From Mobula hypostoma (Eukaryota), in assembly GCF_963921235.1 (NCBI RefSeq), contig NC_086109.1:12338001-12371806 (forward strand): a DNA stretch of 33,806 nt. Direction: 5' to 3'. Both the position numbers and the translations under genes were made by a program. Position 1 is the stretch's first letter; each line of letters begins with the position of its first letter. Shown in pieces: positions 33,460-33,806 of this stretch. The notes below the pieces were generated by a model, which was not told where the DNA came from, did no database searches, and saw only the letters and a program-made list of their open reading frames with translations.

Positions 33460-33550
33460 TATTCTGATGAAGAGTCTGTGATGTAGAATGCTAACCGTTT
33501 CTCATTCTGCGGATGATGCCTGACCTGCTGAGATTGACCAGCAAATTATT
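33460..33550 (+). mobile_element. Old PLE-terminus short repeat
   Basis: CTGATGAAGAGTC...GATGATGCCTGACCTGCTGAG. Confidence 0.6.
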
Positions 33551-33622
33551 TATTGCAAGATACAGTGGGAAATAGTTTATATTAAAGATTTTTATTTGAT
33601 TTAAATGAGCTAATATTTAAGT

Positions 33623-33806
33623 TGTTACGAACTGTAACGTTTTAGCAGCACTAGACTACACATGGAGTCTGGTTTTGATGTTAAAACCATTACCTTTATT
33701 AGTAATTACTTATAATATAGTAATTTAAACCAAGATAAACAAAAGTTAATAGTGTTATGTGTATGTATGTGTATAAATATAACTCCCAAACTACGTTGAG
33801 CTTGGA
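33623..33806 (-). mobile_element. Possible LTR end running off the window
   Basis: ...CGTAACA terminus on minus with upstream AATAAA. Confidence 0.35.

Noticed and set aside
1-33806. CRISPR arrays, rRNA, tRNA genes or prokaryotic systems
   Set aside because: No regularly spaced repeats or structured RNA genes seen; content is vertebrate TE and intron sequence.

Overview
Repeat-dense vertebrate DNA, most likely from a cartilaginous fish (ray/skate). This is inferred from the CR1, Rex/Babar, Neptune-PLE and Tc1 repeat mix and the receptor type. No supplied ORF is an intact host gene. Manual translation of the minus strand shows two tandem CD300/pIgR-like (MDIR-like) Ig receptor loci. Gene 1 is a pseudogene with leader, V, C2, stalk and cytoplasmic exons (13091 to 8692), its C2 exon split by a solo LTR. 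Gene 2 contributes stalk, charged-TM and short-tail exons (32570 to 23196); its Ig exons should lie right of the window. The most unusual object is a Gypsy relic (21257-22679) whose RT/RNaseH/integrase core is replaced by an intronless RBM25 fragment containing the RRM, i.e. apparent host cDNA capture. Also present: a full-length RTE LINE with a 10-bp TSD and an HDV-like ribozyme fold starting at its first base, Neptune-type Penelope-like elements with minimal hammerhead motifs and 13-14-bp TSDs, a Nimb/I-group LINE, many CR1 and Rex/Babar fragments, and two Tc1 families. All assignments are by eye and from recalled family features; no database searches were run.
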